DNA from: Atractiella rhizophila
Taxonomy: Eukaryota
Reading direction: 5' to 3'
Assembly (NCBI GenBank): GCA_021432655.1
Contig: MU271516.1
Location: 1 to 51,099, forward strand
DNA: 51,099 nt
Positions 38,594-50,269 of this stretch are shown piece by piece. The translations under genes and the position numbers were made by a program. Below the pieces are notes generated by a model that was not told where the DNA came from, made no database searches, and saw nothing but the letters and a program-made list of their open reading frames with translations. How positions within the stretch are numbered: the stretch's first letter is position 1; each line of letters begins with the position of its first letter.

Positions 38594-39398
38594 ATGACTG
38601 GCAAGGAGTTCAAAATTGTCATGTTCGGTGGTATCTGCGTGTTTTCCTATTTCCTAGATGTCGGTGATAGTTTGAGTAGACGGAGGTGTTGGCAAGAGTG
38701 CTTTGACTCTTCAGTTCTGTCATGACCTTTTTGGCGAGTTATTCTTTAGTTTAACGAAGTTCAACCCCTGATATTTGCGGATGCAGTCGAGGACTACGAT
38801 CCAACAATCGAAGATTCGTACACAAAGTCAATGATAGTGGATTCCGTCCAGTGCCAGTGCCAGATTATTGACACTGCTGGAACAGACCAAGTTCGTCCTA
38901 TTTCTTCCTTTCACAAGTTGCACATTGAGAGCAGACTGCAGTTCCCAACTCTGCGCGACATGTACATGAAGTCCGCAGACGGTTTCGTTCTCGTCTTTGC
39001 CTTGAACTCTGGGAGCAGCGTTAAGGAGCTCCTGGTAATACGAGAGAATATTCTACGACAGAAGGAAGTTGGTGTGGCACAGGCATGGCCACTAACCATC
39101 TACTGCTGACCGACGCTGACATCACTCTTGCATTGTACAGGGTGGACTGGCTTGCGTCCTTGCTGGCAACAAGTGCGACCTCGTGGGAGAACGAACGGTT
39201 CAACGGCAGGTTGGAGATACTCTCTCAATGCTCTGGCGGGTTCCCTATTATGAAGTTTCGGCACGACAAGGCATCAATGTCGACGCTATTTTCATGGACA
39301 TCGTACGGCAGGTCATGAAATTGGATCAAGCCAAGAATAGACAAGGCAACAACTTCAACAAATCAAACATAAAGAAGAAAGCGTGCATCATCTCTTGA
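38594..39398 (+). CDS. Ras-family small GTPase, Rap/Rsr1-like (192 aa, 5 exons)
   Basis: Exons 38594-38630, 38680-38733, 38787-38890, 38942-39067, 39141-39398 splice in frame. Motifs GDGGVGKS, YDPTIEDSY, DTAGTDQ (Thr at position 61 as in Rap), NKCD, EVSA; polybasic tail and CAAX (CIIS). Confidence 0.93.
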
Positions 39399-40590
39399 CC
39401 CAATAAACCCCCGCTCCCCCAACTCCAGCTCTAAAAGTCGACGTTGCAGACAACAACCGTCCATTTGCGAACCGTCTGCTAACCTGCAGAACTGCTTTTT
39501 TGTTTTTTAATGTGTAATAGATCGAGGTGCGATTGACGGAATCGATTATGATGGAACCTAGCAGATGTTGATGCGCCAAGCTTATCCTTATCCGTAATTC
39601 TATATCCTCCTCTTTGTCCTTAAAATCTGTTTATTTGTCGATAGCTCAGGCCGTCGGACGGTCGAAAAGAGCGAGACAGTCTTAAGGCATCGACACGATC
39701 CACCGCGGGGGGACGCGGGGGTAACCGTGCGGTTTGCGGCCCCCTAGTCCAGACCGCTATCCGTCCTCGTCTCCTTCGACGGGGACCCCGTACCCTCGGC
39801 GTCTATGCCTTCTCGGCACGCAATCGCACCTCCCCATCTAGTTCCTATCCTGCTCCTTCCAAGAACGTCACTCTCTCCTCTCATCATGAGGCATCTCCCG
39901 ACAACCCATTAGAATATCTCCAATGGGTTTCTTCCGAAGTGGTCGAACGAAGTCATGAATTAGAAAAGACCGGCAACAGCGTGGAGAATGGAACGGGGAG
40001 AGCGTATGGAGTACAGGTCGTTATTTCTGCAGTTTCAGAGAACCCTGAAGACTCCCAATCCACCACCAGCAGAGGCGATGGGATAGCAATTATTCTTTTT
40101 TGGGAAGATGTGGTCCAACCTGAGTTCTCAATCCTCTTATTCGAGAGGCTTGGAGCAGAGGGAACAAGAGATTGTGTTTTGATGGTGAATGCCTCATCAA
40201 TTACATCAGAGATGCTGGGCTTAAGTTCCCGATCACTGAAGCGCATTCACTGTCGGAAACAGTCCCAGAAATTGTGTTGTCGCAGGTGTGGTGGTCATAT
40301 GGGCTTGAGCAGCACTCCTGAATCATTGCCTGCTCCATCCCATCCAAGCACATTGATCAAGGTGTTCCTCTTGTTATGATCAATTATAGAGCTTTTACGG
40401 CTAGAGGCCATGAAGCTCTTCGCCAAGACTGATCAAGGTCCAAGTTGCTGAAGTTGCTATTAGTTTTGCCAAAATGAAACTCCACACCTTGGCCAATCCG
40501 TTTGATGTCTCGGGCTGCAGGCATCTAGAATGGTACTCCATTCAGCCTGGTTCACGTGCAAAGAAAGGCCATACTTCCAGTCTGATTTCA

Positions 40591-41120
40591 TCAGGGATTC
40601 CCACCGAGGATGTTCTTTGGGAAAGACGGCTTATTAACTCGGGCTCCGCCGATTGAGATAAGAACGCTGTGGGGTTCAGTGAGACACCCACGACAGAAGT
40701 TTGACGCTTGATACTTACCCGTTGACATAAACTTTCGGGGTAATAATGAGCAGTATGTCTTATAAATCAATAAGCCGAGCAATAACGAATAGAGGACGTA
40801 CCCCCAATGTGATATGTGGTGCCTAGATAACCGAGCAAGAGAACGAGTTCAAGCAGGACGAAGTGAAGCGGTGACAACGCTTGCCACGATGGCGAATAAA
40901 TTACTATCGCAATCATGAGCATGACGCCAGGTTTCTCGTTGGGTAGACAGAAAAAGACCGGGCATCGTTGTTAGTCTGGGGCTCCATCAATGCAGATCGA
41001 AGGGAAAAAGGGAAAAGGATACTTGCAGACAAATCGCTGTCTACTTTCTGCTGATTGACAGCAAGAACGAAGAAGAAGCAGAGAAGGCAGTCGAGTGGAG
41101 CCGAACAGGAATTTACACAT
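40591..41120 (-). pseudogene. 3' fragment of a DUF6534-like 7TM paralogue
   Basis: SAPLDCLLCFFFVLAV, LLELVLLLGYLGTTYHIG and PKVYVN align with the 36-37 kb gene with similar intron positions; 5' part missing and frameshifted. Confidence 0.65.
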
Positions 41121-43045
41121 CTTAGAAGTGCGACGAATGATCCTTCGGTCAAAACCCTAAGAATGATTTGCTCGATTGCCGTCCCTGGGGCATCGCGGGA
41201 TTCTGGGACAGGCTCTGTAGGCACCAATGACGACAGGTGAGAATCATGATGTGACCCCGAGTGAGAATGGTGACTTGATAAAACCGCGATCGCTTCCAGA
41301 CTCAGTTTGCTCGACTCCATCTTGATCCGCGCCAGAATTAACGCTAGCTCTTTGTAACACAACCTGCAATTGCCGGTTCTCCATTCTCCCGCTAAGGCGG
41401 ACGACTTCGACCCTAAGGGATTTATTCTCGACCTTGAGGAGGACGTCACCCTCGAGCACGTTCACTCGTCCCTTAAGGGCAGTGTTTTCAGCTCCCTCTT
41501 TCGGACTGTAAAGAATACATCGGTGTGACAGGAGAGTCGGCGGGCAAGGAGGAGCCCAGGTCGTAGAAAACTGATCTACAGGAGATGGCCGTGACATGGC
41601 ACTGCGCAGGGTTAAAAAGAGTCTGATGGAGCTGATCGATGGGTTGTCTCACAACAAATAAGTCAAATCCTATACGTTGGCTCAACTTCCCGTGCTTTTA
41701 CAAAAGCTTTTAAGGATACTGACCTTGTTCGTTATTCCTTCTCTTTCAAGCCTTCGATTTGAACAGCTTTGTGGTTGGTCGAAATCACGACATGGACCCT
41801 GACCGGAGCCTTCCCAGCTCCTCCACGCTCCTCGCGAAAGGAAGCTTTCCACAAAAGACACTTTTTCTATAACTGAGACGAACGGCGGCAGCGCATGTAA
41901 GGACGATGACGACACGAGTCTTCATCTTCCGTTGATGGATCATGGATTGTGATGTTGGATCGGAAAAGTACACATCCTGAGGTCCGTATCTCATTTTGGG
42001 GATACCAGATGGTTTGTTGACTGGGCATTCGTTGCGACAGTCGATTACAAGACCCTGATTGCATTTCCTCTTCCAATTTCTTCCCTCCATACTTCCCTCC
42101 TCTTTTTCTGGGATGAGATGGTAATTGCTTCCATGTACACATCTCATTATGTTCCCCATTGGACAGTTCTTCCAAACACTCGGTATCCGGTTCGCATATT
42201 TTTTGTTGCCTCATCATTTCCTTGGTTATGCTGACTGCGTCAGTTGGACAGTACCCTTCATATCTGAACTCCCTTGTTGAACCGGCGCCGCAGCCGCTTC
42301 ACCGTGATAGCAATTCGAGACTGCAAACCAGCGCTGCTGCTCACGAGCCTTCGCCGCCCTGAACCATGCGAGTAGCCCGCACGCTCTACACTTCTGCTGT
42401 TTCTCGTTGTTCTCTTTCTCTTCTTTCGGGGAATCAGATGGACGCCTTGCTTTCCCGCCTCTTCAATCTTCACAGCCGGATACTACCTTCGGTTGCCCTT
42501 ATTCGAACATTCTTGCCAAAGTTCAGAATCTTCTTCTCTTTTCAGGTTCGTTTTTTCATGCATCTTCCTACCTTTACTTGACTTTAGTGATTTCCCAACG
42601 TCGTTCTCGGATGCTTACTTGTGTTGCGAACTGTGTCATTGCGAGCTCGCGGAACGTTTGCCACCCAATGGCCAAACGGGTTATCTCCTGTGTTATGGTG
42701 AAGTTTTGAGCCGAACACGCTTGGCTGAAGCGGACGAAGGTTATGAATTATAGACTTATTTAGCTCACTCATATTTAGTAGTTGTCAACTAATTAAGTAC
42801 AAAACACAGGATGGAATGACTGATGCTGTACCCATATGGGAGGTTCAGTGAATCTATCCTCTCTTCAAGCTTCAGTGACCTCTTAAGCGGCCGACAATCT
42901 GCTGAAATGTCAAATCCTTGTGCTGTGTCATAGAAGTCGTTAAAGTTAGCTAGATGCATGTATTGATCGCATTCACAAATGTCCTCCTCCCTGTCAAACT
43001 TCAAAGGCCATGGATCAACATGGATTAGGGTAACAATTCAGAAAC

Positions 43046-44554
43046 TTAAAAAGTATCGTCCCATGTGAGAACGCCTGTAATCGAAAGTGGAACCGTCCCA
43101 TAAGCCCATTTCGAAAATAACCGCCCGTCCATTCGATGTCTTCCGACTTTCTTGAAGAAATGTGTTTGGATTTGGCACCATGGAATGCTAGGATCGATGG
43201 TATTCGAATCCCAGCAAATAAATCTCTGAAACTCTGAGTCTGTTGGCATGAGGAAGAAGGAGTCTCCGTCCCGCATTTGCATCGTCACGTTTGCCCTCGA
43301 GGACGTCAGGATATTGAGGAGCTCCAAACCTTCCATGAAACCCCAACCATGCCCGAAAATTCGCAATCTCCTCAACCTCTTCAACGCTTTCTTTTCGCTC
43401 TCCCCATACGAACTCCCCAATGCTTTCAGGACCACCTTTGCCTTCCATCGTTCATTGTTACCCACACGGAGTGCCAACGTTTCTAAGGTATCGGGCAGAC
43501 CCTTAAGCGCACTCCTTCCGTCCAGAGCATTCCCACCAAGATCTACCAGAGCCGTAAGGCTCTTCATCTTCCCCAACAATGGGCCTAAGAAACCGACGAA
43601 ACAGTCGTCGTCCCAGGATGCTTTCCAACACAAGGTTTCGAGGCGAGGGCAGAGAGGTTCGAGAGCTATTGGAAGATGCGAGGCGGAGTAACCTTCGGAC
43701 GAGAGGTGAATGATTGCCAAGGATCGGAGGGAGACCACGACCAAGAGGAAGAGGAAGGAGAGATCGGACGGTCGAAGTTTGCACTCGTAGAGGGCGAGAT
43801 GGGTAAGGGGAGCTAGACGCCTCACCGGACAGTTCGAAGGGGAGGAACGAAGGTAGTGAACAGTCAGTATCTGGAGGTTCGGAGCGACTTTTGATATCCT
43901 TTCCAGATCCATCAAGCCAATCCGTCCAAGGTGAGTGTTTTCATCTTCCCCATCGTCGGGATTCAACGTCAACTGTTTTAGGTTGTCCATCTTCCTGCCC
44001 TCGGCGTCGTCAAAGATGAAGATTAGAGGAAGATGGAAGTCCATGATATCTGCTGCGTGCCAACTGATCCACAACCCCCTCAGGCTTGGAAAGGAAGCCA
44101 AAGTTTTCCCTAAGGCTGTTGAAGCGACTTTTCCGCATGTCGAAGTGCCTCCTTCAGTTAGTTCCTCGGAATCCTTTTCGAAAATCCAGGAGATATTTTT
44201 TACTCGCTGCCTCAGCTCCATTCCTACTTGCGTTAACCACTCAATCGCTTTGAAACTGGGATACCCCTCCCGCACAACCGTTGTACTAGCAGATATACAA
44301 ATTGTGTGCAACCAGCATTGCAGTGGAGTAGAAGGAGTTTGGTATCGGAGTTTATTTGAAGAAATGGGAAGAAAGCAAGAACGGGCATTACCGATATTTA
44401 ACGATAACAAAGCAGCTCTTGAAAATGCACACGACCCAGAACATTTTTCACGAATGAAGCATGTGGACATCAAGTTATTTTGGATCAGAGAGGCACAAGC
44501 GAACAATATCCTCGATTTCAGATACTGTCCCACAACAGAAATGATTGCAGACAT
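43046..44554 (-). CDS. LRR/RNI-like protein (F-box-type body) whose N-terminal ~75 aa are read from antisense Copia sequence
   Basis: Repeated PxLxxLxI units (FPSLRGLWI, NLKQLTL, APNLQILTV, PLTHLAL, SLRSLAI, CPRLETLCW, PDTLETLAL, RLRRLRI); no F-box motif visible; first ATG at 44554. Confidence 0.65.
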   Translation of the reverse strand: MSAIISVVGQYLKSRILFACASLIQNNLMSTCFIREKCSGSCAFSRAALLSLNIGNARSCFLPISSNKLRYQTPSTPLQCWLHTICISASTTVVREGYPSFKAIEWLTQVGMELRQRVKNISWIFEKDSEELTEGGTSTCGKVASTALGKTLASFPSLRGLWISWHAADIMDFHLPLIFIFDDAEGRKMDNLKQLTLNPDDGEDENTHLGRIGLMDLERISKVAPNLQILTVHYLRSSPSNCPVRRLAPLTHLALYECKLRPSDLSFLFLLVVVSLRSLAIIHLSSEGYSASHLPIALEPLCPRLETLCWKASWDDDCFVGFLGPLLGKMKSLTALVDLGGNALDGRSALKGLPDTLETLALRVGNNERWKAKVVLKALGSSYGESEKKALKRLRRLRIFGHGWGFMEGLELLNILTSSRANVTMQMRDGDSFFLMPTDSEFQRFICWDSNTIDPSIPWCQIQTHFFKKVGRHRMDGRLFSKWAYGTVPLSITGVLTWDDTF

Positions 44555-44660
44555 CTTCACGAAACCATTAGAAAAAGGGAAACACGAATATCTCTGCAGT
44601 TTACTATCTTTGGTGTCAAAACCAAGCACTGCTTCATCGAGTGGGAGAACAACTTCTTAG
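44330..44660 (+). mobile_element. Ty1/Copia RNase H C-terminal fragment
   Basis: IFNDNKAA..HFSRMKHVDIKLFWIRE..YCPTTEMIADIFTKPL, the canonical Copia RNase HI end. Confidence 0.93.
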
Positions 44661-44721
44661 TTTTGATTTTTACGAGTTTTTGATTTTGCGATTTCAGCAT
44701 CACTGTTTTGTCGAGTGGGAG

Positions 44722-44919
44722 TGTTGCAGATAAGCGACAAACAGTGACAATTATGGTCACATGAATGCCCCGCAATGCCCCGCAATGTAAAATACACATA
44801 TACCCCCCTCACAAGGATTTTTTCCCTTCACGCTTCCCAGTGTGATAGGAAGAATCCTAGGTGAGTTTCTTCTGCAATGTACGCTTCCCAGTGTGATAGG
44901 AAGAATCCTAGTCTTAACA
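44722..44919 (+). mobile_element. Copia 3' LTR (198 bp) preceded by a polypurine tract
   Basis: GAGTGGGAG PPT, then TGTTG...TAACA; internal 31-bp direct repeat ACGCTTCCCAGTGTGATAGGAAGAATCCTAG. Confidence 0.8.
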
Positions 44920-45268
44920 TGCACATTATCCAGGTCCTTGTTTTCTTTGTGGTGCTCGCTGGACGAATCTACGATGTCCACTACGATGTCCAATCTCACA
45001 AAAATGTGTGGGCATCATATCCCATCCTGCTCACCACCAAGATAATTGTGGCTACATCTATTTTGGCTTTGTGATTGTGGGCTTTGCAACTTCCTGAAAG
45101 ACGCCAGTGGACTTTGGCCATGTCCGCCTTCGATTGTGCGAATATTCCTCACGAAGTGACTACCATCTTGGATCCTCATTGTGTTTCTGCCCTTCTTTTT
45201 TTTCAATGACCCGATGTGCGTTTTTTCTCTTGTTTTTGAGTGGGTATTGAACGCTAGTCGCCATCAGC

Positions 45269-45535
45269 ATGTTGTCTCTGGAGGACGCCGAGACACACTT
45301 CAACGAAGTTGGAGAGGCGACGGTGGCGGAAGAAGAAGAATTGCCTGAAGAGGTGACGGTGGAAGGAGAGCTGTCCAAAGAAGAGGTGGGAGAGTCCGAA
45401 GAAGAGGTGGGAAAGATGTTGTCTCCGAAGAAGAGGCGAAAGCCACGCTGTAGTGAGTGTCATAGAAGCGGCCATAACAAGCGGGGATGTCCTCGTTTAC
45501 GTGCTGCTTCCAACTCCTCCCACGTCTCCGCATAG
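45269..45535 (+). pseudogene. Acidic stretch plus CCHC zinc knuckle, probably a DNA-transposase C-terminus
   Basis: RCSECHRSGHNKRGC fits CX2CX4HX4C, typical of fungal pogo/MULE transposase tails; no upstream catalytic part seen. Confidence 0.55.
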
Positions 45536-45644
45536 AGAGCTTTTGTACAACCTTCTCAATCCTTCTCGTTTTTCTTATGGTATTGTCTAACCAACCAACC
45601 AATATCGTAGTTTAGTATGTACAACAGTGGAGGACTTTCCATTA

Positions 45645-46181
45645 AAAAAAAATGCAGCCGGCGCGGAAATCAATTTAAATTCTGCCTGACTAGAATTCAG
45701 GCAAATTTACGGGCAGGTATAACCTTCCCATCGACATCCATGGTGGATTCTTCCCAACAGCGTTCTTAGTAAGAGGAGCAATGGAAATGCCCGAGGTCGT
45801 TATCAATGGCTGTCGGCCGATAAACCTTCATTCCTGGCGCAAGCAAATATTTTGACCTGGCGCTGACTTGCGATCCTAAATATGGTTGGGAACCCTGGAA
45901 TAGTTGGCAGGTTTGTGCTTTCTGGAAGTTGATATCCTTCCTGAGGTTATTTGGTTAGTATGCTTTGTAGACTCTCAACGATATTCTTTGATCATTCTCT
46001 TGACCGCCCGAGAAGAGGATCCGTTTGGCTTGTTCATTCTTAGTTAGAAGCGATGGACATAATTAAGCTCGATATATTGAAGTAATCAAGGTAAGGAACG
46101 GACTGTGGTAAGGCTTCCGTATCCCCTACATTCACGGGTGTACCCGTGCTACCCACGGGCGAACCCGAAAAGGTGTTCTAG
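45645..46181 (-). mobile_element. Right arm of the long inverted repeat (inverted copy of 34586-35165)
   Basis: Colinear reverse-complement match; palindromes at 46135 and 46156. Confidence 0.75.
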
Positions 46182-46951
46182 GTATTTCTCAAATAAATCG
46201 ACATTGCCTGATACTCTCGAGCACGCATAGTTCATTCGTATTACTTGGCAACTTTTCTAGAGATGAGGGGTTCTTGTAGATCAACCGAAGGTTGTTGCTG
46301 CCGATGAATCCAATCCAATCTGGGAAAACAGCATTGACAACTCATCGAGTTCTTCGTCCATCCTCTTCGTCCGCCGCTAGGCAATCAAAGTTTTTGGAAG
46401 CGGACAGAAATAGCAGGTCATTGATTCAGAATGTTGACTTTCAGCCACATCCGCCTACACCCTTAAACCTACTCCTGGTGAGAGAGAAGCTTTAGAACAT
46501 CCCCCCCATTTTCGTATCGTCTCTACAGCCCTAACCGCCACCACCTGGAATCTGCTAAAGGCGTTACAAAACTTGAAGTGCATTAACACACGACACTACA
46601 CGGTCCCCAAATATAGAGCTCCGTTGACTATAGTCTGTACGGCCTGAAATATGATCACCCGGCAACAAAGAATATTGCCCCTCATGAAGAAGAGATTTCA
46701 AACAGTCTGTTCTAAGGCTCCTTTAGAGCATATCCCACAGGCAGATAGTCCCAGGATGAAACTGTAGCAACAGTTTTAGGTTTGGGACACTTGCTGTGAC
46801 TAGGTGGCCTGCACCGTATGACTTACATGAAAGGGCCATACTTGGACGATGCACCAGCAGCAGTAACCTTCCCTTTTTCGCTGTACTATACAATCCAAAG
46901 CAGTACTCCGTGCTCGCCTGAGTGACAACTCAGAATCGAGGGTAAACAAGT

Positions 46952-49131
46952 TCATTTCACCATGAGCCTGAGGGCATGCAAGAGGTAAACGGACACAGAA
47001 GCATGACGGAGACCAGGCTGTGCTCCGAAGCGACGCACGTAGGCACACAGAAAGGGAGATGTGAAACTGAAGAGCATGGAACGAAGTAGAAATGGCTCAA
47101 TCATGAAAATGAGGTCAAGAATGCCCCAAGTCCATTTCCTGGCAGCGGTCATTGTGGCCCGCTTTCCTCTTCCCGTTTGAACTAGGGGCTGCATGGATGT
47201 CCATTCTACCATGAGCCTTCTCCAGCTTGAGCTTTCAGGACCAGGATTTGCTGGTCGCACCGGGAAGTGGTTGACAGTAAAGTTGGGGATGGTTGACGCT
47301 TCCATGGTCGAATCTTCAGGAAGGAGTTCGTCTTCGGTTGCATGTGGAGAAGAGTCGCCGGGAGACCTGTTGGCTTCTGGAATGAGCTGGATACTTTTCG
47401 TTGCAGTGTACGACGGATTGGGACCAAGCGACCCCAGAAGCCGTCCTTCAGAGAAAGATGGCTCTAGTCGTACAGTTTTCAACACTCGAAGATTCGCGTC
47501 GTCCAGGATCCAAGGGTGTTGACAAGCTTCTGCAACGCTCATCCGCTCGTCTACCCTTTGTCTGCATAGCCGATGGAGGAAGTTGCAACCTGTACATCAC
47601 TTTAACACTGGCAGCAATGTATTAATGAGATCTGTCATACATTCGGGAGAAGTACCCTCCGGCAAATCCTTCCAGTTTAGAACACGCCTTTCAAGACGCG
47701 TGGCAAGAGGTACTTCCGAGTTTTCGCGGTCGAAAGGAATAGCATTGATCATGCAGGAGAAGATGACGAGGCCCAGAGCCCATGCATCACATTTATCGGT
47801 ATACTGACCAAATTCCTTCGCGATGGCCTCTGGAGCCAACCTTTACAGATCCATTATCAGCAACGCGGTCAAAAAGGGTAGCAAGGAGAGGTGTACCAAG
47901 TCGTCCTCAACTCGCTTTCCTGAACCATCCTCGCTAAGCCAAAATCTGCAATCTTCACGACAGGGTTTATTCCATGAGTAATGAGAATGCTACCCGACTT
48001 GAGATCCCGGTGAACAATCTTTTTGGCGTGAAAGGCAGCGATAGCTGGGAAGAGCATCTTAGCAATCTGCCTCGCGTCTTCCTCGAATAAACCTCCGCAT
48101 TTTGAGACATAACTGGGGAGGTCTCCGCCATTGACGTATTCCAGGACCAGACAAAGGTCATTGTCATCGTCAAAGCATTCGATAAGCTTGACGACGTTTG
48201 GATGGTTAATCTTGTTTAGGATCGCCATCTCTTTCTCAAACATTCCTTTGGTTGTTTCAGACTTCAGTCTCGACTTCTTGATGTGCTTCACGGCTCGTAC
48301 ATTGCTCGTCCCACGCTCGATCACGCGACATACCTTCCCAAAAGAATCCCTGTCACAATGAAGTAAATATGAGATGACATAGCAAGAAAGAGAGCTGCGG
48401 ACATTCCAAGAGCCTCAATGAAACCATACTTCCTCCAAATACCTCCGCAGAATGCCAAGGGATCCTGAGGGAGAGGTTCATTCGGGTCTTGCCAACGAAA
48501 ACCTACATCGCAGATGGTCAATACCTGCAGTGGTGGGAAAGTAAAAAGGAGGTCCACCATATCCTCCCGAGTGACTTCCGAGTTTAATCTATGTACTCAT
48601 CAGCAAAACGACATCGACACAATATTAACAGTCACCTTATCCCCGTGCTTGAGTATTGTAAGTATTCCGTTCCCGACTTTACTCTCCCTTACATACGTTC
48701 CATTCGACGACGTATCCTTCAACCAAACGTCCCCATTGAGATCTATCCAAATCGCGCAATGGAAATTAGAAATAATCTTCGCGTCCAAGCAAACGTAATT
48801 GTTTTTTGCTCTTCCAATAGTAAGTCTCACTGCCGGAGGCTGGTTGAAAGGGTTGGGACGGCAAAGGGTTGGGCTGGTGGGCACCATTCTATCCACCATA
48901 TCGCAAGCACCACATGAGCAAAGTAAGGTACTTAGAAAATTTAGCAGGAATGAGACGCACACTCCCCAACAATCTATTAATGCCTTCCAAAGTTAGCTTT
49001 ATGTCGCGTTAAGCGAAGGAGGGGAGAAAAAACGGACCTGGAGGTAAAGGCTGCAGATAGCCCGTATCATCACCGCTCTGCGTCACCTGCTGAGTCGCCT
49101 TATGCTCTTCTTGCATCAAAGCTATCTCCAT
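46952..49131 (-). CDS. Rad53/Chk2/Cds1-like FHA-domain Ser/Thr kinase, catalytically degenerate (pseudokinase or pseudogene)
   Basis: N-terminal TQ motifs (ATQQVTQ); FHA (IGR..ISNFHC..DTSSNGT..LKHGD); kinase motifs AVK, HPNVV, LEYVNGGDL, HRDLKSGS, DFG, APE, DAWALG, HPW; several GT-AG introns. Both ends approximate. Confidence 0.85.
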
Positions 49132-50269
49132 GAGATGAGGTGCCCGATGTTGAGAACTGTGAACGCCGCCATAAGCATGACGTTATCGAAACGGAAGACC
49201 GTGAAGATAATCTCTGTCAAATCTATGCTGACCTTGAAGTTGGTTCTCTCCCGACAACACCAGACGAAGGGACTACCGTTTTCTGAGAGGTGGACATTGT
49301 GATCGCTGCTCCTTGGGATGAGCCGGCACTTGGAAGAAATTGCTCCCTTGTTTCGAGCATTCGAAGCTGTCGCTGCCTCTTTTCTTCCAGACCCCGTCTC
49401 TTTTCTTCCGAACGCTGCGCCGCCGCCTTAGCAAAAGCATTCTTAGCCTGTTGCTCCAAAAGTTGCGCTTCGAGATAATTGTTTTCCTGACAAAGTTGTT
49501 GGTTCTCCTCCACCGTTCGACGATATTTCTCGATCAGCGGATCGCAATAACCCTTATGGGCCTAAATGATCCGTCAAGGAATTCTACCAATGAGCTCCTA
49601 CACACACCTCTACCTCAGTATATGTACCTTCCCAGAAGCAACCCTCGCTCCGGTTGCTGCAGCTGCTAGCAAACCACCGTGAGTTTACTATTTCCAGAAG
49701 AGGGATAAACGAACATGAATCTCTCATGAGCAGGCATGTCGTTGTGATTGATGTAATAGCAACGTGAAGGATGACCTCGAGAGTGTGAACGAACCAGACG
49801 TGATTCGGAAGAGGGAGTGCAAACACGCTTTCGCCACATGACTTCAGGTACTCGATGACGAAGGCAAGAACACTCTTACCGGTGCTTTGACTTGACGCAG
49901 AGCTTCCCCTTCCCTCTCGATGGACATTGAGGCGATAACAGTTGGCAGTTCTGTTGGGTCGGTGGACGAGACGTAGACGCGGGGGAAACGACAATGGGAC
50001 CCTTATAAGGGTCAGAAAGCAACTCAAGCGAAGGTTAAGGATTGATTTATTGGTGTCAGCTTCATACCTAAACTTGGTTTGACGCACTGTGGATCATGTG
50101 CGGATCTGCCTTTACATTCTTTCAGAGAAACGCGGCGAACTATTGGCCATTGCTGTGACGCGCATCGTGATCGCTGGAAGTTCTTGTCGACATAGGATTC
50201 TGTAGAGCGTACCCGGGCTCACGGTGGGACGCAAAGCTCTTCTACGTTCAGAAGCCAGTAAGCGACTCG

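Noticed and set aside
41244..41597. Zipper-like ENTALKGRVNVLE..ENKSLRVEV as a second bZIP
   Set aside because: No basic N-x7-R region found.
43935..44329. Plus-strand ORF upstream of the Copia RNase H as retrotransposon RT
   Set aside because: It is the antisense of the LRR gene and has no RT motifs.
49223..49600. Coiled-coil ORF upstream of the FHA-kinase
   Set aside because: No start, domain or splice link could be supported.
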